64,000 bases of DNA from Tubiluchus corallicola (lineage: Eukaryota > Animalia > Priapulida): positions 558,001 to 622,000 of the forward strand of contig JAQGDQ010000060.1 of the NCBI GenBank assembly GCA_030141605.1, in the 5' to 3' direction. Below are positions 1 through 13,100 of this stretch, one piece after another. The stretch's first letter is position 1. Every line of letters begins with the position of its first letter. The notes beneath the pieces are model-generated. The model did not search any database, was not told the DNA's origin, and saw only the letters and a program-made list of their open reading frames with translations. Position numbers and translations under genes: made by a program.

Positions 1-250
1 GCCCCATTATAATCCGAAGTAGATGTCACTGCCTTTACAAACAGTCATGTGCTCTACTGCGTCTCGAGGCAAAGGCTTTTAACTTATCAGTCAACATCGT
101 ACAAAAAGCCACAAAAACAAAGTCTGACATTCGCAAAAACACAGCAGTGTGTTAAAAATTCTATATGTATCAGTTTCTGAAAATCCTCTCAAAAAAAGGA
201 CTTGGCTTTTATTGCTTATAGTCAGCACTAAACAAGGCAGACGACACCAA

Positions 251-520
251 GATCAAGACTAGGATGCTACTTTTAAGACCATGATTAAGACCAACATGAA
301 AATTTTCTGATCATCACAATACCAAAATCAAGACCTACTAGATCAAGACTAGGATGCTACTTTTAAGACCATGATTAAGACCAACATGAAAATTTTCTGA
401 TCAACACAATACCAAAATCAAGACCTACTAGATCAAGACTAGGATGCTACTTTTAAGACCATGATTAAGACCAACATGAAAATTTTCTGATCAACACAAT
501 ACCAAAATCAAGACCTACTA
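251..520. repeat. 90-bp tandem repeat x3
   Basis: Unit gatcaagactaggatgctac...caagacctacta starts at 251, 341 and 431; copies are near identical. Confidence 0.95.
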
Positions 521-2915
521 ATTCAATACAACATTATTCCAGACCGAGTTCGACAGCAAAAATTATGCTTTCACAAAAAACAGCGTTAGGCATGACAAGC
601 CTGCCTTTAAAATACTTTTCTATATATGTTGTAGTCATTATAACGCATTATATGGTAAATATAACATAAAAATTTAACAAAACAAGATTCCCCAAATAAA
701 GAATTCTCAAAAGGACAGAAAACAGTCAAATTCAGCAACATAAAAGTACTGATACTGTTGTCTGAACTTGAAATTTGAATCCATAAATTTGTTACGTCTT
801 TTGCAAATTGATATTTCGGTTGAACAATGGGACGCCATCATATCATGACTGGACTTTTTTAACCGTACTTATCAAGCCTTCACTGCAAATAGAAACTTAT
901 TAAATTAAAATAATGCAGAATTGAAGATACCTAGTTCAGTCTTCTCGTTCTCATGTATTTATTCAAGTCTGTCTATCTGTACTCCGGGCACACGAAATTT
1001 CGAGAAACTACCCAAGCACTTAGTCAGTCTTCTCACAATTTGCTACTACCTAACTCTGTCTAATGGATGGGATAATTAACTGCACTTTGTGAAATTAATA
1101 CTAAAGTGAAATAAATTTCAAGGCCTGGCTTCGATACCCGGACCAAGGCCAGCACGTACAAACGAAAATCAATCCCAAATCAGTAAAAACTAAAACTTAC
1201 GAGACCGGGAACAAAACTTACAAAAATTGGTCACGATTAAATGCATCACAAACAGGTGTGGATAAAACACTTTATGACAAAATTTAACACATGTACCTCA
1301 CAACTATATATGCATACTGTATCAAACTTCTCACCAAAGTGTGTTGAACTTTATTTGCAAAGGGGGCTTTCACATGCAATGCACATAAAATACAGAAAGA
1401 CATCACAAAGGCACATCAGGACAACTTTGTCTCAGATTAGAAGTCCCACTAAGAGTTAAGCTAACGAACAACATGCGCATAATTAAGAGTTCTCCCGTTA
1501 GTATGAAATCTACTACAGGGGCAAAAAAAAACATTTCTCAGTTTCATTATTAACGACCTGGAATATGTGAAGTCCTCATCAACATCATCATCATATGACA
1601 GTGATATAGATCTGAAACAAATTGTGCAACATGACGGTAAAAAAAACAAAGTGAAAAAACTTCTTACCTCCTTAACTTCACCTCTTAAATTGTCAATAAA
1701 ACCAAGCCACACAGTTTAGAAACAAAGTGACAAAATTTTTCACCGGAAAAGTACTTCAAAGGTCACACGGAAGAAGATTTTCAAAATTAAATTACATTGG
1801 ACATACAAAAGCATATGGAAAACAACAATTAATGTTTATGGTTGAAGTAGAAGAAAACCCTTCATAAACATAAAGCTTAAAAAAATTTGTCTTCAAATTT
1901 TATATCACTTATGTACTGCCTTTTTACATACAGGAGCTCAATCAGCAGTCACGCTGTATAAAACAAATTTAAACTCATGCGATGACCGTTAGACGCAGTC
2001 CTTTTGACAACAGGTCATTTGAAACAAGTTTAGATAGCACTTAGTAAAGTTTGAAAAAATAATCAGAGCATTCGTAGCGCACAAGTCACTAAGTAAAATT
2101 TTAAATTACTGTATCTTGTCAATAAAATCAAAAATACGTTTTTGGTAGTGAATGGTGCACCCTGGAGGGTGAGTCAGCGACATTTTACCAATTGGTGAAA
2201 ACATTTTACAAGTGCTTCAAGCAGGTAAGCGAAATGCTAAGTAATATAATTTTGCATAGAGTTTTTTTGAGACATAACTTGACATGTACTTTTCTTCCCC
2301 TGATTTACGTTGTGCATAAGTGATATCATTTTTCTAAAAGCTACTTCAGGTATCCCTTTTGCATAAATTATATAAAGAAATTAATAGTCTCTAATCAGTG
2401 TCTCTTCGTGCCAGAAAAAAACAAATGCTTGTTTTACAGTACTAGACCAATGCTTCTAGTTTAATACAAGTCGACATGTTGCTCCATCTGGCATGTAACC
2501 ATCTATTGGAACATAAAAAATCACTCTATGAGCAATGTCATCGCTTGTGTTTTTATTGAGGATATTTTGTAGGAGGCTTCCATACCTGAAAGTCCCCAAG
2601 AAATCTATTTCAGTCCATAGCTAGTCTATTAATTATACTTTCTACTTTACATACAAAACTATAGAAACATTTAAAAGATTTGTGATTATTTTAAATCCAT
2701 GCAAGTATTGCACCTTTGAAAATTTTAACTGTTTGCCCCACGGATAATAACTACACAATTTAAAAAATGTAGTCACCTCAGCAAGAACCTCCCAAAACTT
2801 AGTCTTTCTTTCAAATGACAATAAAAAGGTTTATACAGAAACTGCTGCAGCCGCCTATTCCTCCAGAAACATTACGCAGATTTCAAACACATAAATGTAA
2901 AATAAGCATCCTCAC

Positions 2916-3957
2916 CTGGATTTTGAATAAGACCTGCTGCGTGAGCGAGAATAAGATTTTTTGTGGTTGTTAGTAGTCGGAGACTCGTTACCACGTTTCC
3001 GTTTAGTTGACGTCTTCTGTAAAAAAAATAAACACAGATCCAAACTAAGTTGTAAATGAGGCAACAAAGGCTGGTTAGAAAGATCTGTCATAGTCACAGA
3101 CATCTGCGAGGTTGTAATTTACAAGGAAGACAGTACTTCTAATCACCAGTTGCCAGCTTTATACAACATTGCATGGCTTACATATCATTTTGAGAAGTTC
3201 CCATTGTTCTTTGTGATCCTCATACAGTTACAGCTACAGGCATACTTTCCCGCTGTAAATTGCTCCATGTTATTTCAAATGGCATTGTTTATACATAATG
3301 CAGGAAACAGCGAGGCCAAATAATTGCATGATCAAAAAAGGCGCTGCTTTAACAGAAGCAAAGAGATTTCTACTCGTTTATGAAGTGCTCTTTGTACAAT
3401 TGCTGATAAAAACAAAACAATAACATTAGAAGTGGAAGAGAATCCAATATTACGTGATAAAAGCCTAACCGGGTACAAAGATAATACAAGAAACTTTTCA
3501 AAGATAATTTTTCTGTCTATCTGTAGGGAGATTTTGTCGGTCTGACTTCCTTCTGCTTGTATGTTCGTTTTTGTCTTTACTCTTTCTGTCTTTTGCACAC
3601 TCTCTCTCTTTCTGCCACACCTGTGACTGTGTATTTTACTTTTAGCAATTTTACGATTTCGTCTATATAAATACAGTGGCAACATTCCATCTACAACGAA
3701 CAACGTCATTTAAGAAAATAGCGTGGAATTTATGTAGAAACCGCTTTATAGAAAACGAGGAGCCGCGCGGCAAAAACCGCACGAGTTTCTTTCGCGGGAA
3801 ACCGCCCTCTGTATAAACGGGCCATTACACTTACTGACTGGTATAAACCCTGCATATAATTTGGAAATGTATAACGTGTATATATTGTAATTTGATACTA
3901 AATAAATTAATTTTTCCCTTTTTAAAAAAACAAAAACCTTACCTCTTCGTCACTCAT
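2916..3957 (-). CDS. tra2: 5' coding exons of an SR-rich splicing regulator, probably transformer-2-like (rest of the gene lies left of the window)
   Basis: Exon 3957-3943 encodes MSDEE followed by gtaagg (phase 0). Exon 3016-2916 follows ttttttacag, encodes KTSTKRKRGNESPTTNNHKKSYSRSRSRSYSKS and ends AG|gtgag (phase 2). A short MSD.. first exon plus an RS exon ending SKS-R in phase 2 resembles TRA2A/B. No RRM is visible in the window. Confidence 0.55.
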
Positions 3958-4019
3958 GCTATTTCAAATAATTTTCTAAGTCCTACTGGTAATTCAGAAC
4001 TGAATACAAGCACAAAACA

Positions 4020-4140
4020 TCAAACAAAACCTTGCAAATGGCTGAAGCCGCGCTGAGGCTGAGCTGCTGAATTATGCGCCACCTGCCATTCACAATCGCA
4101 CACGTGATAACCCGCGGTACTTTCCTCCTTTCACTACGCC
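4020..4140 (-). promoter_or_regulatory. Putative promoter/5'UTR of the Tra2-like gene
   Basis: Local GC/CpG-rich patch just upstream of the ATG, with a YY1-like caaatggc motif and a CACGTG E-box. Confidence 0.4.
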
Positions 4141-4168
4141 TTCTTCCTCCACGAGTAACAGTTATAGA

Positions 4169-5465
4169 CAGGGCACTTTATTTATGACTTTTCTTGCAAA
4201 ATAGTCATAAATAGTCATAAATAAGATTTCAAATTTGTCATAAATAACGAAAGAAAAATAATCACTTCCCGAAGAATGGAACAAAAAATTCAGTACAGAA
4301 AACTGTTTCCCTCTCCCACACACACAGGCAGTCCATAAGAAGCTTGCGCGTGACTGTTTGGTGGACTAACACAGTAACTGAGACTGTCTAACTGATGCGT
4401 TTATCTGTCATTAACTCGTCTAGAAGCAACCTAAATAATAAAAAGTAAATGAGCGCGTTACCGCGAAAAAATAAATAGGCACCGACAGAATCGTTGTCGT
4501 TCCATCGAAAATTTGAATTAAAGACAGCTTACCTATTTTAATGTCCTAAAGTTCTACCGCCTCAAACCTACGCTCTGCACAATAACAGAAATCTACACTT
4601 CTAATTCTTTTCTTTGCACGTTCATTTCAGTGCCTTTCTCATCCTAACGGCGTTAGGGGTGAGCATTCTCTACCAGAAAGCGAATTCGAATCGAACCGAA
4701 TTTGTGACTTTCGAATTCGAATCGAACCGAACTTCGATGCTCACCCCTAAGCGGCGTAAGTCAATGGCTTGGGTGTAGGTTTTAGCTCGAGTTTGCCGCA
4801 AGCGTTTCCCGTGCCTTACTGCCTCATCCTCAAGAAATAAGAATAATGCCGTCTGCTAGAATTTGAGCATATTTTATCTTTGGGAGAATTTGCTGCTTCA
4901 TTGTCATTAAAATTTAACTGTTTTTCTTGTTTAGTTATTTTGCTTAATGCAATTTTAATTAGAAAACATACGTGACGGTTCCCTAGAAAGATGTAATAGC
5001 CAATAGTATTTTCCAACATTAAATTTAAAATCGATATTTAAAAAAATACATTATTTACTTGTACTAATTGTGGCTACGAATTGTGACTGTACGAATTAAT
5101 TAATAGATTGATTTTTATGAGCAGTAATTTTATAGGTCATCCTAAACAAATTAAAACCGATACTATAATTATTATAAACACGATCACGGATTTCAGTCTG
5201 GAGGGATGCCTGCATGCAAAACAATACGAGAAACTTCAGGCCTTGGAATGATGAAAGTAGACATTTTTATTACATTTTAATGTAATGAAGAACGAAGAAA
5301 GGCAAAATACAAGATTCTGATTAAAAATATGTATTTCTTTTAGCTCAGGATGGCATTTTTGGTCAAAATTTGACACGTCATAAATAGTCATAAATAAAAT
5401 CTGAAATTAGTATTAAATAAGCTATTTATGCAATTTATGACTAAAGTCATAAATAAAGTGCCCTG
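4169..5465. mobile_element. Non-autonomous hAT-type DNA transposon
   Basis: 22-bp TIRs CAGGGCACTTTATTTATGACTT / AAGTCATAAATAAAGTGCCCTG; perfect 8-bp TSD gttataga at 4161-4168 and 5466-5473; subterminal gtcataaata repeats. Confidence 0.92.
4654..4749. mobile_element. Internally deleted 96-bp copy of the TAGGGGTGAGCAT hAT MITE family, nested in the element above
   Basis: TIRs taggggtgagcat / atgctcacccct(a); 8-bp TSD aacggcgt / agcggcgt. Confidence 0.88.
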
Positions 5466-7341
5466 GTTATAGACATCAGATAATGTAATATCCGCTGGCA
5501 GATACTCTAACTACATAATTCTCTGTAGACGTTTAATGCTGACAAGCATATTCTGTCAGTACACCAGAAAAATATCTACTTACTTTGAATATCGGTTTGA
5601 TTTTGCTCATTTAACTCTTATACACATACATGAAAATAAACCATACAACTGATCTTGAAAAATTTTAACAGATGCAGTAATAATTATCACCAACAATCAA
5701 AAATTACATTATGAGATCAGAACAACTTTACTCACCTTAACAAGATTATTAGGTAATAGGTTTGTATTAGTTTTTTATATGTGATTCTAAATTAAGAGGT
5801 ACGAATTTTGCTAAGAATTCATGTATTCAATCAGCACTGTGATATATATGTAGATGTGTTTGTTATAAATTATGGTATTTTTTTTAATGAACTATACTTA
5901 AAAAGAGCCCTGTACTTGTTGGGACGTGTTCCTGTATGTGTTGTTTATTTAAGTGTGGTTTGCTAATTGTACTTGTGTTTGTGAAATAATGCGTTTATTA
6001 TTTTTTTTGGATTTTCAGGATATTTTTACTATTTCATATACGTACAGCTGCTATCCAAACGTATTAAGACATCACTACAAAAAATTTCTGGAAGCCCTTT
6101 TGGCACTACACGAGGCGAAAAGCAAACAAATGATTTTTCCAAATTGGTTTACACTAACAGAAACATGCGGTAATATTTTATTTACATGTTCTGCAGCAGA
6201 TTACTGCAAGAACGCAACTAACATGCAACAAAGGTGAAACACAAAGACTATGTGGGATAATTATGTGCAAGATTATGCCTTTCAGCAGATATTTTCGATT
6301 TGTAGCTGTATACTAAAAAAAACACAAAAGAAAAATAATCGTTCCAGGACTATTTTGAACAAAGCCAGATAACAAAAAAACATAGTATTCAAATACACAA
6401 ACTGTAAAGTAAAACACAGAAATGTTTAGGAGTCCTTAGCGACAAAAACAAGGAAAAGTAACTATTTATAGCATTTTAATAAATCTCTTATTTGACATAT
6501 TTATAAAACATGCTGGTCTTTACTTTTACATTAAATTCTATATATTTATGATTAGAAAAAGGATCAAAGTAATTAGATATTTTTATTTTACAGAGGCTTC
6601 AAAATTTATTGTAGATCAACAATGCAAGCTCAACTTAATGGCGACAACAGATTTTCTGGCTTACACGTCCAGCTGCAGAATAATTAATTAGTTAATCGTG
6701 TTGAAAATTTACTTAATATTTGTGCTCAAATCCAAACTTAACTCGTTATTATTTTAAAATTTATTTCATTTTCGTCTTACACTCTGTTAACTATGTGTGC
6801 ACAGCACTGTTAGGTCACCATTGTGAAAATATAACTCAGTGTTAATCAACTACTTTGGAGTAATAAGCTTGGAAGAACTAGACAAACTTCTACTAGACTT
6901 CTTGTTATATGAGAAGCATAGCGAATAATACCATAAAACATTACTTTAAAAAACCTAATAGTATGCGGAGCTCCCAAGCAAACATTGTTATGGTGCTGTG
7001 TGACCCTGAGCATCTGTGACCTTAAATAACTCCGTGAAGCATATTTCGTTTATGAAAATGAATTGTCCTTAGTGAAGGAGATAACACACCAACTACTGTC
7101 CAAGTAGTTAATGTTTTGCAGTTACATTGAAGGCACTAACACATGCCTGTGCTCTCAGTTTTGTCAATGTCATGCTAGCAGGAACGTCATCCAATGCAAA
7201 AAACCTATTTACAGTAAATAAAAAGATACAAGCAACACAGGCCATAAGTTTCTGGAAATAACATACAATAACTAGCAATGTCTACAACTCATTTGAACTA
7301 TCAAAATGCGCATATAGAAAAGGACAAAAGGACAAGTACAT

Positions 7342-9069
7342 TTACACTAGTTGTTCATACATTGCAGGAGTGGCTGATCGATTAGGACATGAGTAACCAG
7401 CGTGATACTTCAAACTGCTTAACCATTTAAAGGTGACACCGCAAAGATCACACTTGTATACTTTATTTGCATTGTGGGTAACGTTGTGCTTCCTAAGGCA
7501 ACTGACGCTGGAAAATTCTGAGTTACAAATATTGCACTTATGTTTCTTTTGGTGGGTGGACATGTGATATTTAAGGCTGCTAAGCCACTTATAAGCCACC
7601 CCGCAAACGGCACACACGTGACCTTTAGCGTCAGAGTGCAAAGCAGCATGTCGTTTTAAAATTCCCGCATCTCCGAAAGCCAGGCCACACTGGGTGCAAA
7701 CGTGGTCTCGCTCAGTCGGATGATGTATTTTCATGTGGTACCTCAGGCTGCTCTGCCACTTATATTTCACGCCGCACTGCTCGCATGTGTGCGGTTTGGC
7801 GTCGGTATGCATACGCAGGTGAGTTTCCAACCTGTAAGCTTTTGAAAACGAAACCCCACAATGGCTGCACAAATGAGGCTTTGGGTTGCTATTTGTCTCT
7901 ATCGTTGAAACACCGGAGTGGACTTTCTGCACGTGTCGTTTCCAGTTGCCAGAAAGCGCAAACGTAGAGCCGCAGTGCTCACACTTATAAGGCTTTTCTC
8001 CTGTGTGAATCCTCTGGTGCAGGATGAGCTTGCTGTTGCTGGTGAATAATCCACCACAGACGTCGCAATAGAATGTCTTACCGCCAGTGTGATAGCGCAT
8101 GTGTAGAACATAACGGACCTCCTTCTCAAAAACCAAATTGCACTCCTCGCACTTGAAAGGACGCTTCTTTGTGTTGTGTACTTTTTGCTTATGAATCGTC
8201 AGCCGCATTTGAGACGTAAATGCAGCTTCGCACACGTCACAAACGTACGGTTTTACTTTTTCGTGCGTGCGCAGGTGCCGAGTGAGGTGACCGGCTTCAG
8301 TGAATGTCCTGCCGCATAGATAGCACATGTAGTTTTTCTCGCCCGTGTGAATCCGCTTGTGCCTGTTAAGATTTCCTAAAGTTCTAAAGGCACGTCCACA
8401 GTAATCACAGCCATACGGTTTCTCACCTGTATGTGACCGTATATGGACAATCAGCTCATTCTGAGCCCGGAATGCGGCGCTACATTGCTCACATTTGTGA
8501 ATCCTGGGCTTTTCTTTTAGGTGTAGCCTAACAATGTGCTTATCAAACTTCTGTTTTGTTTTGTAAATTTTATTACACAGCAGGCACTGGCTGCCAGGTC
8601 CTGTGTGTTCTTTCATATGCTCTGCCAGTATTTCCACTGTAAGGTAAGCAGCTTCGCAGTGCTCACACTTAAATGGTTTTTGATCGGTGTGAGCATCGAC
8701 GACATGATCTTCCAAATCTTCAGGAGTAAAAAAAGAATCTGCACACTCTTCACATTGATAGATCTGGTAAATTACGAACCCGTCCTCGGTTAGCGACAGA
8801 AATTCTGGCGCTTCTATTTCAAGTGTCTGCTCTTCTCCGGTAATATGAATCACCTCTTGAATATCTTCACCTTTTATGGTTTCCATTACAACAGAATCTG
8901 TTTGTTCTATCTGATTTCCTTGAGCTCTTATCTCGACTTTTTCTCCATCATCATGCTCCAAGTTTTCACTCTTAATGTTATTTTCAACAATATCGTCATT
9001 CTGTTCTGACAGAGCCACCTCTTCTGCCTCTACAGCAGAACTTATAGTATGATTAGTATCACCCTCCAT
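7342..9069 (-). CDS. Multi-C2H2 zinc-finger protein (about 16 fingers, last one C2HC; acidic N-terminus)
   Basis: Intact ORF with TGEKP linkers; acceptor ttgtttttttcag before 9094; first in-exon ATG at 9069 (MEGDTN). Confidence 0.93.
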   Translation of the reverse strand: MEGDTNHTISSAVEAEEVALSEQNDDIVENNIKSENLEHDDGEKVEIRAQGNQIEQTDSVVMETIKGEDIQEVIHITGEEQTLEIEAPEFLSLTEDGFVIYQIYQCEECADSFFTPEDLEDHVVDAHTDQKPFKCEHCEAAYLTVEILAEHMKEHTGPGSQCLLCNKIYKTKQKFDKHIVRLHLKEKPRIHKCEQCSAAFRAQNELIVHIRSHTGEKPYGCDYCGRAFRTLGNLNRHKRIHTGEKNYMCYLCGRTFTEAGHLTRHLRTHEKVKPYVCDVCEAAFTSQMRLTIHKQKVHNTKKRPFKCEECNLVFEKEVRYVLHMRYHTGGKTFYCDVCGGLFTSNSKLILHQRIHTGEKPYKCEHCGSTFALSGNWKRHVQKVHSGVSTIETNSNPKPHLCSHCGVSFSKAYRLETHLRMHTDAKPHTCEQCGVKYKWQSSLRYHMKIHHPTERDHVCTQCGLAFGDAGILKRHAALHSDAKGHVCAVCGVAYKWLSSLKYHMSTHQKKHKCNICNSEFSSVSCLRKHNVTHNANKVYKCDLCGVTFKWLSSLKYHAGYSCPNRSATPAMYEQLV

Positions 9070-10169
9070 GAAAACTACTGTTACATTTACTTTCCTGAAA
9101 AAAACAATTAAAGGTGTTATTATATTTTCTTGACAACACAAATTACTATAATAATAATAATGACGATATAATAATCCTTTATTTTACACGCATTGACAGG
9201 ATATGATGCCAGAATAATTAAAGTACAATGTAGATCATTATGAGTAGTAGGCAAAGCATGTAGCATCTGCAAATGCAAGGTTATTAAAAGCTTTTGCAAA
9301 TCAAATTGCTAACAAAAATCCACCTCATTTTACAAGAAGTTCTGCTAACTTTAGCTGTTTTAGCCATGCGAAGGATTTTGTATAACTGACAGAACTAGAA
9401 AGCAAATAGTCCAGATCTTTGTCCTGTAGGATGTCTCTAAGTCTTTGAGCTACAGATCTTTGTCCTGTAGGATGTCTTTGAGCTACAGTCTTCACTATTG
9501 ATTTGGGGCCTTTGACCCAGTTTCCAATTACACCGGATTTGGCAGAAAACGGGGTATTTTAAATTTCTGGCAGGTCTGTAAACTATTTGTAAATTTTATA
9601 CTATAATTTATACCTCACGTTCATTTTAACGTTTACAGAAGTCGGCAAATTTAGATCAAATAAATGTGTGAAAATCTATTCATTTTCCCAAAGAAAAGTA
9701 AAATGCCTGGAACTCACTAAGGAAACTTGAACCTGTAGAGACTGCTACATTTGTAAACAAATTTGAATTTGGTCAGAATAAATTCTGGACAAGCAAGATT
9801 ATAATATAAATATATGTAAAATATAAAAATATATAAAATAAAATGTAAATGTATATATATTATATAGGTGAATGAGTGCAGTATGAATGCAAGTTATTGA
9901 GTCAGCCACCCTACTACAAGTTGGAACTTCACTAATGAACTTGGCAAGAAGACAGAGGTTTTGTACCACTCTAAGTTACTCTAAGAATCTATCCTAACAT
10001 AGTAATCCATTGCTAGAATGACGCCTATGTAATAAAGATTATGCTTGAATACTTCAACACTTACTACATACGTTTAAAATGGCTGATAATCAGTGCTAAT
10101 TATCTGTGATTTCTGTGAGATGGCATTATAATCAGTGCAATTTTAATACTGCAACCTGACATTAAAATG

Positions 10170-13100
10170 GAAATGGAAAAATTTCCATGTGTATCCTGTT
10201 GTAAACGCTGTAAAAAAATCAAAAATGTATCTCTTGTGACGTTTGTAACATGTGGGTACACCTCAAGTATACCATGTTGAGTTTGAATGAATATAATCAT
10301 TATGCTCTATCTTCTGATAATTACTTTTGTTTAAAATGTATAAATGAATCTTTGCCGTTTCAGTGTATTGATGATGCTGATTTATGCAAATTGTTTTCAA
10401 ATCTAACAAATGTATACTGTCTGTCTTCTTTACTTGATTTTCCTTCACTCGCAAAACCAAAATGGGATCATGCTGATGCTGATGCACATCTTACCAGGTT
10501 TGATATTAAATACTATAATTTGCATGCACTAGAGACAAATTCTAATTTAAAAAAGTCAAATAATGATTTATTAATAGTACATTTTAATCTCAATAGTATT
10601 CAGAAGAGATTTTCTAATATGCTAGATGTACGCATGCATTTTACTGTTCCACCCGATATTATTGGAATATCGGAAACAAGATTGAACGAACTTAATCAAT
10701 CTTTTATAACGAGTTTACCTAACTATACTTTCTTGCATGGTGATTCTAAAACTTGCGCAGGTGGCGTAGCTATATAGCTTAAATCGCGTTTGCGGTATAC
10801 AGTAAAAGATGAGTACAAAATTAATTGTAATACAGAAATAGTAATTACAAGTAAGAATGGTAATAGCATTACCCAAAAATCACATATACAAGTCGAGGAT
10901 ATGTGGCTTGATGTACCTGGTACAAAGAAACCAATCACATTTGGTGTGATCTATCGACACCCAAATACCAATGTCCATCATTTTCACAGCAAGATGGACT
11001 CTATATTATCAGTCATTAACAAGTCAGAAAAGACTTGTTATATCTGTGGCAATATTAATCTTATATATATTAATATTAATATGGCAAATAGAAGAGAAAA
11101 CATTTATTGCAGATTATTTGAATTTACTTTACTCTAATCAGTTTTTTTCCATTAGTAACACGACCGACTCGAATAACCAACCATTTTCAGACACTTATTT
11201 ACCATATATATACAAATAATCTATCTAATCCAATTATATCTGGTATTATACTCTATGAAGTGCCGGATCATCTACCAGTGTTGGCCATCATTAAAAATAT
11301 TGGTAACTTGATAGTTAAAATGAGGAATAACCAGAATTTTAACATGATTTCATTTCTGGAGGATTTGCAAAATAAGATCGATGATGTTGACTTTTCCGAG
11401 GTGCCAACTAATTCTGCCTTCTCTACTTTTTTCCAAATATATGAAGAAGTTCTTAATAAACATGCCCCACTTAAGACATTGTCAAGAACTGAAAAAGTAA
11501 CTTTCTCTAAGCCATGGATAACTAAAGGTATTCTTACATCAATGAAAACAAAAAGTAGATTATATAAGGACTGTAAGACTATAACTAGTATCTTAAAAAT
11601 TAATCAATATAAACAATTTTATAATAAACTTTATAATTATCTCATAAATTTAGCCAAAAGAAATTATTATACAACTTTACTACATGATAATAAAACTAAT
11701 AATAGAAAGACTTGGGCAAAATTGAATGATTTGATCAATAGACAATACAAGCAGCGCATAACTCCAACCAAACTAGTAATAAATCATGCTGAGATTACGG
11801 AAACACCTGCTATCTGTGAATTCATGAATAATTACTTTGCATCAGTTGGTTCTGATATGGCAAAAAAAGTACCACCAACTCCAATAATGTTTGATTCTTT
11901 CCTTAGAATGCCAAATTTGAACTTTTTTGCGCCAATTATCGAGTACGAAGTTTCTTCTGCTATTGCTGCATTAAAAACCAATAAATCAGCAGGACCTGAA
12001 AACATCTCGAATCAATTTTTTTAAAATTTCACGGTCCATTATTAACTATGCTGTACAATAAATGTGTAGAAGAAGGTATCTATCCTGACGTGTTGAAAAT
12101 TGCAAAAATAATCCGGATTTACAAATCTGACTCTCCCATTAATCCCACTAATTATAGGCCAATATCTCTCTTATCTCCCATATCGAAGATTTTTGAAAAA
12201 TTAATTTACTCTAGGCTAGCTAAATTTCTTTTAAAAGAACAAATTTTAACTAAATTCCAATTTGGATTCAGAAAAAAACCATTCTACATCTTTAGCTGTG
12301 TCAGAAATAATTGAAAACTTTCTAGCGAATATTGATAAGGGAAAACTACTTGTGCTATATTTTTAGATTTATCGAAAGCATTCGACACGGTACAACATGA
12401 CATTTTGTTATATAAGTTATCATACTATGGTATCAGGGGACGTCCTCTTGCACTTTTCACGTCTTATCTTACTAACAGGAAACAGTTTACGTCTATTGAC
12501 GCATCAGAGTCTACACTTGCTGATATAACCTGTGGTGTCCCACAGGATTCTACATTGGGTCCATTGTTATCTCTTTTATATATTAACGATCAGCCATATT
12601 GTTCTCAATTTAACAATAGACTGTTTGCAGACGATATAAACCTATTTTTATCACACAAAAATATCAAAACATTAGAACATTCAGTAAATGTGGAACTGTA
12701 CAAAATTAATAAATGGATGCTAACAAATAAGCTATCAATAAATTATAAAAAAAAGCAACATAACAATAGTTTAAACATAAATATGGGAGGTTGTAATATT
12801 CAATCTACCTAAGAAATCAAACATCTCGGTATATTTATAGATAGTAGAATTACTTGGAAAACACATGTACAGCATATAGTCAACAAAATTAGCAAAATAA
12901 GTGGTGTATTAGCTGGAATACAACACTACATAAATGTAGAGGCACTACGGCTCTTATATTCTTCTCTTGTCATGCCATATTTGAGTTATGGCATTCTTGC
13001 CTTGGGTACTGCTTCAGCATTGGTCTTAAAATCATTGGTCTCTAAACAAAACAAGATTCTGAAACTGATAATATTTACCAGTGAAAGAGAACATGCATTT

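Noticed and set aside
3332-3709. 125-aa ORF in Tra2-like intron 1
   Set aside because: No recognisable domain; it arises from purine-rich composition. Considered only as a possible regulatory exon.
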